From the NCBI RefSeq assembly GCF_009914755.1, contig NC_060934.1: DNA of 64,000 nt; one strand, 5' to 3'. The notes under the pieces are model-generated. The model saw nothing but the letters and a program-made list of their open reading frames with translations, did no database searches and was not told the origin of the DNA. Positions within the stretch are counted from its first letter, which is position 1. Each line of letters begins with the position of its first letter. The DNA comes from the human T2T-CHM13v2.0 reference genome, Homo sapiens. Shown piece by piece: positions 35,210 to 48,810 of this stretch. A program made the translations under genes and the position numbers.

Positions 35210-35640
35210 AATAAAAACCTTTTTGTGGTTGTAAGATTTAGCTTATAAATCATTCAAATTGAAGTGAAAGAATTACCAGGTCATTGTTAATGACTTAGTC
35301 TATTAAGAATATATGTATTTTTGTAAAGGAAAAGCACTTGTAGATATTTAATCAGTACAAGATATGTCTTTTGCAGAAATAAAATGCTGCTTAGAGATTC
35401 TCCTTAAATATTTTTTATTTTTGTGCTCAAATGTATTTTCTGTTGATCTATGGAATGTTCTGTACAAAGCTGTATAATTGTACTGTTGGGCTAGATACTT
35501 TTTTTTTTTAATCTGGACTTAGCCAAGTATATTTCACCATGTTAAAATACAGTATCTTTGTTATTAAAAATTAAATTGCATAATTTATTATTGTTTGTCA
35601 TCTTTAATATTAGTCACTGTAGATTGCAGCCTTCATTAAA
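35210..35640 (+). terminator. Cluster of distal polyadenylation signals of PCGF5
   Basis: AATAAA at 35210-35215 and 35378-35383; ATTAAA at 35563-35568, 35570-35575 and 35635-35640, with upstream TGTA motifs and T/GT-rich downstream tracts. Confidence 0.7.
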
Positions 35641-36694
35641 AATATCTCCTTTAAGTACTAGTCCTGTAGCAAATTTTATTGAAATTTATTGAGTATTTGA
35701 GATCATAAATATTTTCTAAGGATTCTTCAGCTGTTTATTTTAAAATGGCACACTGTCCCTCAAATACTAGTTAAGGTGTATACACACACACCCTTGAAGG
35801 ATTTTTTGTTTTGTTAGATTAATCAAATCCAAAAGAACGTTTTGAAAGTAATTAGGAATCAAAGGCAGGCCCAAGTGAATTGAAAGAAAGACTGTTTCCT
35901 TCAGCCAGTTAGATAGCTAAGCTTTGTTTATTAATACTTTCCATGTGCACTTGCCTCAGGAATTCATTAGGCCAAAGCAAGACATTTACGTCAGGAACAC
36001 TGTGATGGTTTCTAGCTCGGCCCCATTGTGATTTTGATGCCTGAAGCTTTGTCTTAATGTTAGTGAAACGTTGGAGGTAGCTAGAAACCCCAGTCCTTCG
36101 GTGAGATAGGGAAAGCAGCTTTCCTCTGAGCAGAATTTGGCTTCCTTCTGTATTTGAGCTCCACTCTCTTCAAGGCTGCTGCAGAATGGGAAAGAATGTG
36201 GAGGACTGTGCATGGGAAGTGCTGGAACATGTAGCACACATTGCTTTCATCACATGTCACTGGCCAGCACATGGCCTCACCTAACAGCAAGCAAGGCCGG
36301 AGGACCTAGTGAAGCCACATCCCAAGGAGGAAGAGGAAAGTTTTGTGACCTGCTAATGTCTGCCATACCCTACATTTGCAAAAAGAGGTCACAGTTGCTT
36401 TAGGTCTTAGAAGTGTGTTGTCCACACAGGCTCAGCACTTATCTTTTCACTGGTTTGGAAAGGGAAAGAGGGGTCTTGCACTCAGGCCAGGCATGAGAAG
36501 CTTGGGAGTCACTCTGCTCTTCGTGTGGCTGGGGAACATGCAGGTAGTATTTTGCTGGAAGCCATGTACAACCCCACTTGGCACCCCAACCCTTGCCGTG
36601 GACTTTGCAGTGCCAGGATTTGCCACTAGCAATCAAATAGAGAATAATGCCTGGAGAGGACAAATATGCAGCGATCACTACCAGTAGAAACCAG

Positions 36695-38245
36695 CAAAGC
36701 CCTGTTCCTCTTTACAGAGCCCAGCCTTCCTTACACAGTTCTCCTTCTAAGAAGCCCTGCTCCTCCTTACAAAGCCCCACTCATCCCTACAGAACCTGCT
36801 CCCTCTTCAAAGCCCAACTGCTCCTCAGGAAGCACCTCCACTACAAAAGCCTCTCCTCCCTAAAAAGACCTGTTCCTGCAAAGAACTTTTGATCCTCTTA
36901 GGAAGCCCTGCTCCTCCTACAAGCTCTGTTTCTGCATATAGTGCCTTGCTCCTCCTCAAAAGGTCTGCTTATCCTTATCCTGCTCCTCCTACAAACCCTG
37001 CTCTTCTTTGGAATCCCAGCTCCTCCAAAGAATCTCTAGTCCTCCCAAGGAAACCTTGGAAGTCTTGCTCCTCCTACAAAGTCCTGTTCCTTCTTACAGT
37101 GCCCTGCTCCTCTCTACAGAGCCTGCTGCTCCTACAAAGCCCTGCTCCATTTTACAAAACTTGTTTCTACAGATACCTCTTCTTCCTCACAAAGTCCTCT
37201 TTCTCCTTACAAAGGCCTTTTCCTCCTTCACGACTTTGCTGTCATACAGTCCTGCTCCTTCAGCAAGCCCTATTCTTCCTGTGAAGTTCTGCTCCTCCTA
37301 TAAGCCCTGATCTTCCTTAAACAGCTTTGCTTCCCCTACAAAGCCCCACTCTACCTACAAAGCCCTGCTTCTCCTGCAAAGCAATGTTCTTCATACAAAG
37401 CATTCCTCCTACTACAAATCACTTTTCCTCAGACAGAGCCCTGCTCATCCTTACAAAGTCCTACTTCTTCAATAATCCCAACTTATCCTTAGGAAGCCCT
37501 GCTCCTCCTAACAATGTCCTGTTTCTCCTACAAAGCACTGTTCCTCCTCACAAAGCACCACTCCTACAAATTCCACTTTATCCTTACAAAGCCCTGCTCC
37601 TCCTGCAAACCCTGCTCTTACTTACAAAGTCCTCCTTTTTAAAGAGAGCTTCTTTTTCCAATGTCCTGTTGCTCCTAGAAATCCCCACTTCTTCAAAGTC
37701 CAACTCCTCTTTACAAAGTCCTGCTCTTCCTTCAAAGCCCCAATCCCCCTACAAACCCTGCTCCTTTACAGAGCCCTACTTCTCCCTATAGAGCCTTGCC
37801 CTTCCTACAGATCCCTGCTCCACCTTACAAAGTCCTGATGCTGCTACAAGCACTGTTTCTCCTTATAAATATGTGCTCCTCTTCACAAAGACCTGCTCCT
37901 ACTTACACAGCCCTGCTCTCCTACAAAGCCCAGCCTCTCCTTGCAAAGCCCCGCCCATCATACAAACCCTGTTTCTTATTTAAAAGCCCTACTCTTCCTA
38001 CAAAGCCCACTCCTCCTTACAAAGCTCTATTCCTTCTAGAAAAGCCCTGCTCCTCCTAAATCCCTGTGCCTCCTACAAAGCCCGCATGCCTTCACAAAGT
38101 GCAACTCCTCTTACAAATCTCAGCACCATAACACCCCTTCTCATTAGAAATTGTGCTCCTCCTACCAAGCTTGCTCCACCTTCCAAAAGCTTGTTCTTCC
38201 TACCAATGCCTGTTTCTCTTTACAAAGCCCTGTTCATGCTACATA
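36695..38245. repeat. Degenerate ~19-20 nt tandem array (consensus ~TACAAAGCCCTGCTCCTCC), ~1.55 kb
   Basis: recurrent TACAAAG / GCCCTGCTC / CTCCT phased about every 15-21 nt across the interval. Confidence 0.9.
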
Positions 38246-39519
38246 GACCAATTTATAGTCCATCATCTCAAGCTTATCCAGACTTCTCCCCCTTCTATAA
38301 CACTTAGTTCTCTTACCACAACCACAGTCATTGATGTTTGTTTGCCCTCTCATTAGATTGTGAGCTTTGGAAGAAATGCTGACTTAGTTATTGTGGTATA
38401 TCCCCACCCTCACAGACACACACACTTGCATAGTTACTGGCACCAGTATACAGTGGGGAAAGAAACTGAATTTCAGAAAGACAAGCGTTGCTGACATAGA
38501 CTTCAGGACTTTCCCAGACAGTCTTCTGTCCCCCGACTGGCTCCATCTCCGACTTCAGAACTTTGGTTTAGTAAGTATGTGAAAGATGGCAAGGTTCCAG
38601 GTGGCCATCTCTTCACTTTAAAAATAGACACCCTGATCCTCTTGTGTAAGATCCCAGTATTAAGATTTGTTCCTTTGGGTGGACAACGTCTCCTCTTACA
38701 ATAAAAGTTTCTAGAGGAAGGCTGTGTAGCATCAGATCATTTGTCCCACCTGCTTTGGTGAGCCTCAAATGAGGTGACAAGCTAAAGTTGGCTTAGTGAT
38801 CATTAGTCAGTAGACAGGCATGAAACCAATGGCCCAAGGGGAACCCCTGGGCAAGCAGGAAGTAGCGCCCTAGAAAGGAAGCCAATTCCGTGAAGCGTTA
38901 TCTGCCAAGGAAAACAGGATCTCAGTAGTCACCTGTTAGATCATGAGCTTTTAGATATACTGTGTACCTCCTCCCCTTGCAAACATGCTTCCCTCTTCAC
39001 CACTGGCTTATTAAGTACTAGGAAGGCAGGAACTGTCCTCCTTTTCTCACCATATTCCCAGATTCATACGCCAGACAATACTGGAATGAATGGGTGAAGA
39101 AACAAATTCCCATCCCTTGGGCTCTGGCATGGAGCTGTGGTCCCCGGGGATCTCATACTGGTCATTGCTCACATCATGGTGTCAGCCAGTCCCCAGCCAG
39201 CCTCTCCTTTTCCCTGTCTTTTTCTCTCCCTTCCTTTTTCTCTTCACTGAAATTAGCTTACTGAAGTTCTTAGCACGTGGGACCTACTGGGAGCAAAGTT
39301 AGGTATTCATGCTAGACCACAGAGGCCTAAAGAGCAGGCGCCCAGGCAAGGGCTGCTGCCCAGTAGCCTGTGGCTTCCTCCCCTTCCCCAGGTCCAGCTC
39401 TGTGTTCTTAACTCCAGGCAACTGGCCCACAACTGCATGGCACCAACTTCAGTGGGAGGAGGGAGAGGCTGAGCAGAGGAGATATAGCAGCACACGCCAG
39501 CCGGCTCTCAGGGAAAGCA

Positions 39520-39860
39520 GAGCCTGTTATTTCTGTCTTCTTTTCTCTCCCCTCCTTTCTGCATTTTTTCATCCTCACTATCATCTCCTACCTCTCTTCT
39601 TCTGTTTTCCCTCTTCTTCCCTCTTTACCTTGCACTTTTGTTTTACCTGTTTCCCTCCTCTATTGGTCTCTTCTCTGTCCTCAGCCACTTCCAACAATCT
39701 CCCTTCCTTTTCCCACGTGTTTCTTCCTTGCCTCTCCCTTTTCCAGTTCGTTTCTGTCATTTCATGTACTCCTGTTTATAGCTTCATTTCATTCTCTTTA
39801 TCCTTTTTCTTTCTCTTCTCCCTCCTCTTCCAGATCCAATTCTTCTTTCCTTTTGGTCTT
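39520..39860 (+). repeat. Long pyrimidine-rich low-complexity tract
   Basis: about 340 nt dominated by T and C. Confidence 0.85.
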
Positions 39861-40062
39861 CTGCCCCACTCCAGGAGTCACTCTCCTTTGTAAACCAGAT
39901 TTCCACTCACTTCACACACACATACAGTGGGAAATGGAAACAGCAGAGAGCATCTTGGAGGAGCAGCTGAGCTTGGATCCTTCAGTAAATGCTTCCAACC
40001 TCCAGCCAGACCTCTCTAATAAGGCCCAAGGGCCAGCGAGATCACAGCCTTTCTCAGAAGGT

Positions 40063-40456
40063 AAGATCAGTTTGTTAGGACTGACATAAAAAAATACCAC
40101 AGGCTAGGTAGCTTAAACAACAGAAAATTATTTTTCTCAGAGTTCTAAAGGCTGGAAGTCCAAAGTCAAGGTGTTGTCAGGTTCAGTTCTTCCTAAGGCC
40201 TCTCCCCTGGGCTTGCAGATGGCTGCTTTCTCCCTGTGTCCTCACATGGCCCTGCCTCTGTTCACAGGCACCCCAATATCTCTTCCTCTTTTAAGGCCAC
40301 AAGTCATATTGCATTGAGGCCCCATCCTTATAACCTCATTCAACCTAAACCACGTTTTTAAAGGCCTTGTGTCCAAATATGGTCACATTCTAAGGCTCTA
40401 GGGCTTAGAGCTTTAACATACAAATTTGCGGAGGACACAAATTCAGTCCAAAACAG
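40063..40456 (-). mobile_element. MLT1 (MaLR) solo LTR
   Basis: ataccacaggctaggtagcttaaacaacagaaa...ggctggaagtccaaagtcaaggtg...gacacaaattcagtccaaaaca. Confidence 0.85.
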
Positions 40457-40489
40457 AGCTATGCAGTGCCCTACAGACCGGCTCCAAAT

Positions 40490-40640
40490 GCAGGGTCATT
40501 CTGTTGTATAACTGGGCAATTTACCTAACCTCACTGAGCTTCAGTTTCCTCATTTATGAAGCAGAAATCATTATAATGTATCCCATAGGTTTGTGGAGGA
40601 ATGAAATGTGTTATAAAGCATTCAGAGCAATGCCAGAGGA
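40490..40640. mobile_element. MIR remnant
   Basis: tgggcaatttacctaacctcactgagcttcagtttcctcatttatgaa core. Confidence 0.7.
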
Positions 40641-41199
40641 CACACTAAAAGACAGCACTGATGTTTTCAATCTCTTTCTATCTGATCATCTGCAGATTGC
40701 TACCCTTAGTTATATCAATGTTCTGTATTTGATTTGCTTTAAGACCTAAAATTCTGCCAAGTAAGCAAAATCCTGCTTGCCTAGAGCTTTTCCGTTCACA
40801 TGATGGTTCATAAAAGTCATTCCCACTGAATGTCCTGATACATAAAGGACCTATTAATAGCACAGGGTCTAGTGCATAGTAAGCACTTTAGAAATCTCCT
40901 CCCTTTCTCTCACACTCATTTAGTCATCAGAACAGATTTACAAGGCAGGCATTCTTAACTCAATCTCATTGATGTGAATCTGAATCTAAGTAACTAGCAA
41001 ACAATCACCAGGGACATATCTGTGTCTCCACCATGGGTCTGTCTTTTTCCAAGGGTAGCCCTGTCCTCAGGAGCACTGGCTCTTTGGGTTTGAAAGCTGA
41101 GAGATCTAGAGAAGACTGTACTTAGGCCCTCCTGGCCACTGGAAGAGGGACAGTGTGGAAGACAGACACTTGGAGGCCAGCGTGTGTGTGTCAAAGACA

Positions 41200-41850
41200 A
41201 CATGTACATCATTCACGTGGTCACACTGTGTTGAGTACCCACAACATACCAGGCATTGTGCTAGGCTCTGGGACTTGGTGGTAAGCTGAGCAGGTTCCAT
41301 GTTTACAAAAGTGGAGCTTGTAGTATTGTATGGTAAACACATACAATAAACACATAATTAAAAGACTGGTGGTGAATGTTCTGAAGAGAATAAGCATGAT
41401 GAGAATGAGAGGACCTTTCTAAGAAAATGGCATTGAAGCTGAGACCCGAAAGATAAGCTGGAGCTAGCCAGGCAAAGGGCAGGGGGAAGAATATTCCTGA
41501 GAAAAAGTTATCATTGCGATGACTGCTCCAGCAGCCCAGCGACCTGCAGAAGGCCAGTGTGGCCAGAGTGGGAAGCAGGAGGAGGGCTGGGAGAGGACTC
41601 TGCAGAAAGAGGTAGGGCCGGGTCGCGGAGACACTTTCAGGCCATATTTAAAAGCTGGTATTTTATTCCGAGCACAGTAAGAGGATTTTTTAAACAGGGA
41701 ACTGACATCATCTTATTTATATTTTTAAATGATCACGCTGGGAGCTTGGTGGAAAATAGACTGTCAGGGAGTAGGGGTAGGATAGAAATGGAAACAGATA
41801 AAAAGCCTAGTGCAGTAGTCCAGGTGAAAAGCGAACAATGCAAGGAGCCC
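41200..41850. mobile_element. L2 remnant
   Basis: ttgagtacccacaacataccaggcattgtgctagg.., gaggattttttaaacagggaactgacatcat.. Confidence 0.65.
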
Positions 41851-44800
41851 AGGGCAGTGCCGTTGGTGCTTAAGATGAAAATAGATGCTGATGGAGACGA
41901 GTGGGGTCCTCTGTGCCTCAGCCCGGTGCACGGGACCTCAGTTCAATGTAACCTGAGTTTTTAGGTCATGGGTGAAGCTCTAGATGAGAGTGGAGAGAAG
42001 GAGAGAAAGGATTCTGAAAAGCCTTTTCCACTAGCCCTATCCAGGGGCTCCCCACAGAACCAGCTGCCCTGCCAAGCACCCCAGCTCAGCCCCTCACCCC
42101 TCCAGTGACGCCCAGCCCCAGCACCTGCCTTGCCATGCCTTCTTCAGTGCCACCCACTCTCCGCCCTCCCCAGAGGTGGTTCTTGCCTGCTCCCCTCCAG
42201 AGCCCTTTGCACTTCCTGCCCTGTCACCGGCACTGGAGTGGCATAGCCATGAATTCCAGTTTCGGTTCCACCACTGACCTTCTGCAGTATGGGTAAATCC
42301 CATAATCTCTCCCAAGTAGCCAATGTGCCACAAATGTAAACGCAACACTGAACTAACGGAACCCAAAAGACATAATTAAAACATTTGCTTGTTTTATCTG
42401 TGCCTCTCACAGACCCTCTCCACTGATAAAACTTCAGCAGTCCCTGGACGTTTTCTGCTGCCCTCCCTCTCCTCTCCTTCCTAGTTGTGGTACAAGGTTG
42501 GGGAGGAAGGTGAATGGAAAGCAGAGGAGGTTGTAAACCAGCTCCAGGCCATCTGGGCCTGCCTGATATTTAAAGCTCTCAGAAATCTTTCTTGGTTTTC
42601 TGGAGGGTCCTCTCCCTGACTCTCAGCTGCCACTCACCTTGCCAGGGGCCATGCCTCCATCTCAGTGGGCAGTTTCCCATAACCCTCACCTATTCCAGGG
42701 TTAGAGCCCACAGCCTCTTTCTACAGGGATGTGCTCTTCCCATAGGCCACCATCTTGGGCAGGATTCCTCTTAAGTGGCTCCTGACTGATATTCCAACTG
42801 CAAGTCCTCACACCATTCCCAAGAGTCAAGCAACACTGACCCATTCTCAAAGAAGAGTCTGTGTTTATCCACGCAGCAGCCATGCTCTCTCTCCCTTCTT
42901 CTGTCCCATGCCTCTGGCCGAGGGCACAGCCTCTAGTCTTCAGATCCCTCTGGGTCCGTTGACTCCGGGCAAGGCCTCCTTTAACTGCAGTCACACATGT
43001 CAAGCCTTCCTAAGGTGCTGCTGAAGCCCCACTCCCACTCGTTTGGGAGAAGGGAACAGCACCCTCCACCCCTCTGCCTGAAGGAACGGTGTTCACAGCA
43101 CAGCTCACACCGCACAAAGCCTCTGCCTAAGATTTCTCTCCTTAGTTCCTGGACTATATCTTTGAAAGCTGGAAAGAGAGTCCCAGCCATCCAGGCAACC
43201 AGAGCCCCTGGACACTTTATTATCACTAGATCTGAGCAGACTCTCCCTCTGCATTTCTTCCACCTTCATGGCCAGAGGAACAGAGGTTGTCCAGGCTCCC
43301 AGGAAAACATGGCTCTCTCTATGGTTACCTCGTCCAGATGCAAGAGGACATACAGCCCTTCAAGCATAATCCAGCTCCTGATGGCAAAAGCAGATGAAGA
43401 GAGAGCCACCCATGCTCTGCTTTGCGGTGTCCAGTCCAGGGTCTTTCAGAACAGCCACCCCTGAGAGCCGAGGGCTGGCCTGTAGAGAGGGAGAGTGAAG
43501 CTCTGTCCGACGCACCATGGGCCAAATCTGCTGCTGATCTAAATGCAGAGGGCTCTGCCCCGACCACGGAGTCGGTGCCAGCTGTTCTGGGCTGGTCAGT
43601 ACTGCCTACCGGCATCAAACGCCCTTCCTTTCTCAAGCTCCCCACATGGAAGCAGTTGGAGAGCACTTGCTGAAGGGGCAGGATGTGTTTGGGGAAGTTT
43701 TCCCCTTTGGGCTGACCCAGAAGTGAGATGGAAAGAGCCCGAGGACGGTGTCTGTGATTCTTCAAGATGTGCTCACTGAGGGGCGTCCGGGAGCTGCCAC
43801 TGGAGTTCCCCTCCAAGGCGGCCCCATAGCTCCGGGTTGAATGGTGCAGTGATGGGGAGGTGAGAAAGGATCCAGGAGTCCAACCAAGGTGGGCTTTATT
43901 CATAGTTCAGCCACTCACTGGACTAGCCCTGTGACCATGGGTAGGTAGCTTCCCCTCTTCTTCACCCTGGACTTCCCTTCTCGTGACACTCATCTCAATT
44001 GCAACTGCTTGTGTAGAATCTGTCATCCCAGCCACAGTGCAAGCTCCCTGAGCACACAGACCAGGACTTGGTGTTCAACCCTATTGTCCCGGCTGGGCCT
44101 GGCCCATGGGAGGTCTCCAGAAAAAAGAAGGACCTGAGTGAATAATATGAGCAGTAACTCTCCTACACTATAAATTCAATGATGCTATTATTAATCCAGA
44201 AACAGTTTCAGTATCAACACCACCCCTAGACTGGGGCAAGAGAACATGCCATCCAATTGGGCCTCTCAGGCCACAGGAGGCTGTAGGGAGGGGAAGTGAA
44301 GGATTATGGTTTTTGCCCTGGGAAATGTAAAAGGGCTGCCATTTGGTTCAAGTCACATACCCCAAATCACCCCAAGTGGATGTCCAGGCGGACAGATCAC
44401 TGTGCCTTCTACTTCACCTTTGCTTGGATGACAGTTTCAGGAAACCCTGGCTTCCTGGGCAGCTTGATAAGTCAGCCTCCATCCCAGGTCCAGTGGGTCC
44501 AGGTGGGTCCAGGTAACCTGGGAGCCTGGGCCACCTTCTGCCCCACCTGCCTTGAAATCACTCAAGTTCACAGGCAGCAGGAGTGCCCAGGGGAAGAACA
44601 CCAGCGTCATTCTCTGGGGATCACACTGCAGGGCACTGGGTAAGAACAGAGGTTGGCTGTGGATGTGGCATTATATACAACTTTAAAATATTTAGGCACA
44701 TGCTGTGTGGGCTTCATTTGTACACTTGCTTCAAGCCCTGCAAATTCAGGGGTGTATCTGCATGGTTGCTCAATGCTCAGGCTTAATTAGTCATGAGCTA

Positions 44801-47800
44801 TCATTCCTTTGTGCTTTTAATCAATCTTTTTAAAGTTCCTACTATGTGCTGGATATTGTGCTAGGGTCAGGTTCTTTAAGGATCTCATTGTCCTCATCAG
44901 CTTCTCCAGTGAAGCTGACATTGTTCCACAAAGTCTCATGCTTAGTCATGAACTATAAGTTCCATCCAGACCCACCTGGCTTTCTTTCACCCCATCCTTG
45001 CCAATTTTATCCCCGTACTGAGGCTTGGATCAGGTCCCCTCCTACCTCCCTCTTAATCTACATAGCTAAGTAAATCCAAGCAGCCCTTCCTGTCTTAGCC
45101 TATACATCATTACCTAATAAGCAAACCTTTCCCAACTCAACTCAGGAGAACTTTCTTCAGAGAAAACTTTCCTGGCCTTCACAATTGGATCAAGCCTCCC
45201 ATCAGAGGCTCTTGTAAATATCAGATATCTTCTTAGCATGTCACACTGGCAACTTTATGCTCCAGGATTGGATTGATAACTCTCTCCCACACTAGGCTGT
45301 TGAGTTTGATGGGCTCTACTGGATTCACGGCTGAATCTCTAGGGTTCAGCACAGTGTCTGACACATAGCAGGCACTCCAGGAATATTTACTGATTGAATT
45401 AAATAAATACAATGTAATGTATGGATAAATTCAATACATATTTCATGGCTTGAATTTGACCAACACTTATTGGGTTTCCATAAAACATACTATGAGTTAA
45501 GGCAAATAGTACCAAATGAGGACCATTGACATGTATTTTTGTGGAGCTTAAATGAAATAACTGTCCAGCTATGGAATTTATGGGGAATTCATGGGAGGCC
45601 GATGAAGAGATTGTATAATTACATTCTGTGGTCAGTTCTGCTCCCATCCTGCTCTGCTTGCACTCTTTACTAAGCACTGCTTTTCCTGATACTTTTTATG
45701 AGTCCTCATCTCTTCTTCTCTTTTTCCCTCCTATGTGTTTTTCAAATGCATTCATCATCAGCAAAATCAATCTAATATGCATGCCCTTTGACCCAGATCT
45801 TTCAGCTGAAGGATTCTATCTCCTAGAAATACTGCTATCATTACAAATGACATAATACAAAGAGTGTTCACAGCAGCAGTGTTTGTAATGACAAGGAAAT
45901 GGAAACAAGATGCCTGCCAATAGAGGAATGGATTCATACATTCACACTATGACCTTGCAAAGAATGTGGTAGATCTATGTTCTGATGAGGAAAGCTGCAT
46001 CTAATACCTGGCCAAGGAGGAAAAAGGCAAGTTGCCATGTAATATGTACATTGTGATCCCTCCCCCACAATCAACGTACATGTTTGCATACACGTGGTAG
46101 AAATTACACATTAAATTGCAACAATGGTTACCTTTCAGGAAGGACTTGGAGGGAGCTTGGGAAGGTCACTGTTACTTCTTGCTTTATACTCCTCTGTATT
46201 ATCCAAATTTATGACAAAAATATGTTATATTTCTAGCTTAAAATCTTCAGTAATGTAAGTGATTAATTTGCTTGTTTATGATCTTTCTCTCCTCTCTAGG
46301 ATGTAAACTCCATATAAGCAGAGACTTTGTCCACCTTTTCTCACCATCATCTCCACTGTACTTACAACATTGCCTGGAATACAGGAAGTGCTCAATGCAT
46401 ATTTTTTGAGTGACAGATCAATTTTTTAAAAAGAAAATTCCATTTTGACAAAACCTATCTTTCATATCCCCCTCCCCAACCCCTCCAAGTTTTTATTGGT
46501 GAAGTGACTGGGTGCTGAGGAATCTGAAATTCTCTGCCTCCATATGGTGGGCCTTGAATTAAGGTTGACCTCTTCCCTGTATCATTGGTTCCCATTATAA
46601 ATGGGTTGAAAACCCATAAGGCCTCCTACATACAAATGTGAAAAAGACTCAAAGTTCTTAAGTGATAGAGTTTCAAGTAACAAAGAATGGGTTGTTTTAA
46701 AAGAGAAATCTTGATAATGGTTTAAAGTTAATCCCTTCAAAAGTAAGAGCTAAAAAAGAACATATTAAGTTAGAGACAAGGAACAAAAGCATGTGCTGTC
46801 TATCCAGTCGTTGAAAGGTCACAACTGTTTAACCACCAGATAATTCGACCTATTTAGAAGAGTCCAACAAAACCTCAAGAATATAATAGATTATAGCTTA
46901 GGAAAAGATCTGCAAAAATATGCACTAAATTGTATTCTGTGGTTACTGTTTCTCTTTAACTTTCCCTTTGCTTTACTGCAGAACCAACATACAGCCGCTC
47001 AGGAATGCACATAATCTCAAAGACCCGTGGGCTGTCTTGCCTTTTCTTCGCGAGTGGAATTCTAGAGTTTGGGGACTATGATGCACAGAGAGAAACTGGT
47101 CAGGTCCAAAGATCTCAGAACTTAGGGGTTTCATGTTGTGGACAAACAAGGAAGAGAAAAGAGGGAATATGTCAGTCATATCGCCTGGACCAGATGGTTC
47201 TGGGTTTGGGAATCCTCATTTCTTGCATCTTACAGTTACTTAATCTATTACTTCTGTGCTTTTGGTTTTCTCTTTACTGTATCAACAGGCTACTGCAGGG
47301 GTCATAGCCTGGACATGGCCAACCAGAAAGATACTCAAGGAATGCTCAACAAAAGATAGCAGGTACACTTGATCCCTGCATAGAGCCACAGAAAAATATC
47401 ATTTGTGAATTTAACTGCTAGAGGCTAATGGAAATAAAATGCAAACAGCCTAAAGAATTTCCAGCTTAATCAATATTCTTTTTTATCTGTAATCTTTATT
47501 TGTAAAAGAGAAACCTACTGTTTTTCCCTTAAGTTGTGATGCCAGCATAATGTGATCTCATGCAATGTGGGTGAAAGTTAAATGATTTTTTAAAATAAAT
47601 GTATAAGAGTAAGTTTAATAAGTAGAAAATTTTGGGATTGAATTTTATTTTCAAGGTAATATTTACAGAAAAATAAAATGAAGCATGTGGTTTGAGGTGA
47701 GAAGAAAGTTGGTTTGAGGTGAGGAGAAAGTAACGAGACCCTTTCACTTTTAGCTTCATTCTGTTCCATATCATCAAATTTGTTCCCCGTATCAGGAAGC

Positions 47801-48394
47801 AACAAACATAAAGAGATAAAAAGTGATCTCAGAAAGGGCAAAATCTATGGTGTACTCCAAATGCTGTATAAGTCCCTTGGGTTTCTTTCTCAGGAAGTCA
47901 ATTCCCTGTCCCATGACTGCCAGCTAGGGCTTGTGGCTTCTCGCCAATGTTCCCCCATAAAAAAAAAAAAAAAAAAAAAAATCAGCTCAAGGTGTGACTG
48001 CAGCTCAAGTCTGATCTCTCCTGGTCAACTGGGAAATTTACAGGGGATACTTGCCCTTTACCAGGGAACAAAATTCTAAGCCACAGGAAACAAACTGGAG
48101 GAGGATTAATTGTAGGCTGAAAGACTATTGGGATGACAGTGGAGGGAGACGCTTATAAAATGTTAAGCAATGTGTTATTTTTATGAGGTAAGAGACCATA
48201 TACAAAACAAATCTAATATGTGTGGTTTAGAGCACAGGCTTTGTGGTCAGGGACCTGAATGCAAATATTTCTCTGCCATTTACTTTGGGCAAGTCACCTG
48301 CCTCTCTAAGGCTCAGTTTCCTCATCCATCATTTGTGTATGATAAAAAGACAGTGCGGTTCTCAGTAGTCAAGTGCTCAATAAAAAGTAGCCAT

Positions 48395-48810
48395 TCACAG
48401 AAGACAAATTTTACATATTCTCACTCATTTGTGGGAACTAAAAATTAAAACAATTGAATTCATGGAGATAGAGAACACAATGATGATTACCATGGGCTGG
48501 GAGGGGCAGTAGGAAGTGGAAGACATTGGGGATGGTTAATGGGTACAAAAATATAGTTAGATAGAATAAATAAGAATGTGATAGCACAACAGGGTGACTA
48601 CAGTCAACAGTAATTTATTGTACATTTAAAAATAACTAAAAGTATAATTGGAATGTTTGTGACACAAAGAAATGATAAATGCTTGAGGTGATAGATACTC
48701 CATTTACCCTGATGTGATTATAATGCATTGTATGCCTGTATCAAAACATCTCATATACCCCATAAATACACACTCCGACTATGTACTCATAAAAATAAAA
48801 AATAAAATTT
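48395..48810 (+). mobile_element. L1MA 3' end
   Basis: ttctcactcatttgtgggaactaaaaattaaaacaattgaattcatggagatagag ... actatgtactcataaaaataaaaataaaat. Confidence 0.85.

Noticed and set aside
36695-38245. Repeat array as a CRISPR-like locus
   Set aside because: No unique spacers, the repeats are contiguous and degenerate, and the context is a primate genome
36647-38356. Many overlapping Pro/Leu/Ser/Lys-rich ORFs (mucin- or extensin-like)
   Set aside because: Open in all three frames because of repeat composition; unit length is not a constant multiple of 3 and there is no single long frame
39309-39893. 194-aa hydrophobic Phe/Leu/Ser-rich ORF resembling a membrane protein
   Set aside because: Artefact of the pyrimidine tract, which lacks stop codons
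42000-44700. GC-richer region with many 80-190 aa ORFs on both strands
   Set aside because: No recognisable protein similarity, no consistent exon chain and no pseudogene hallmarks
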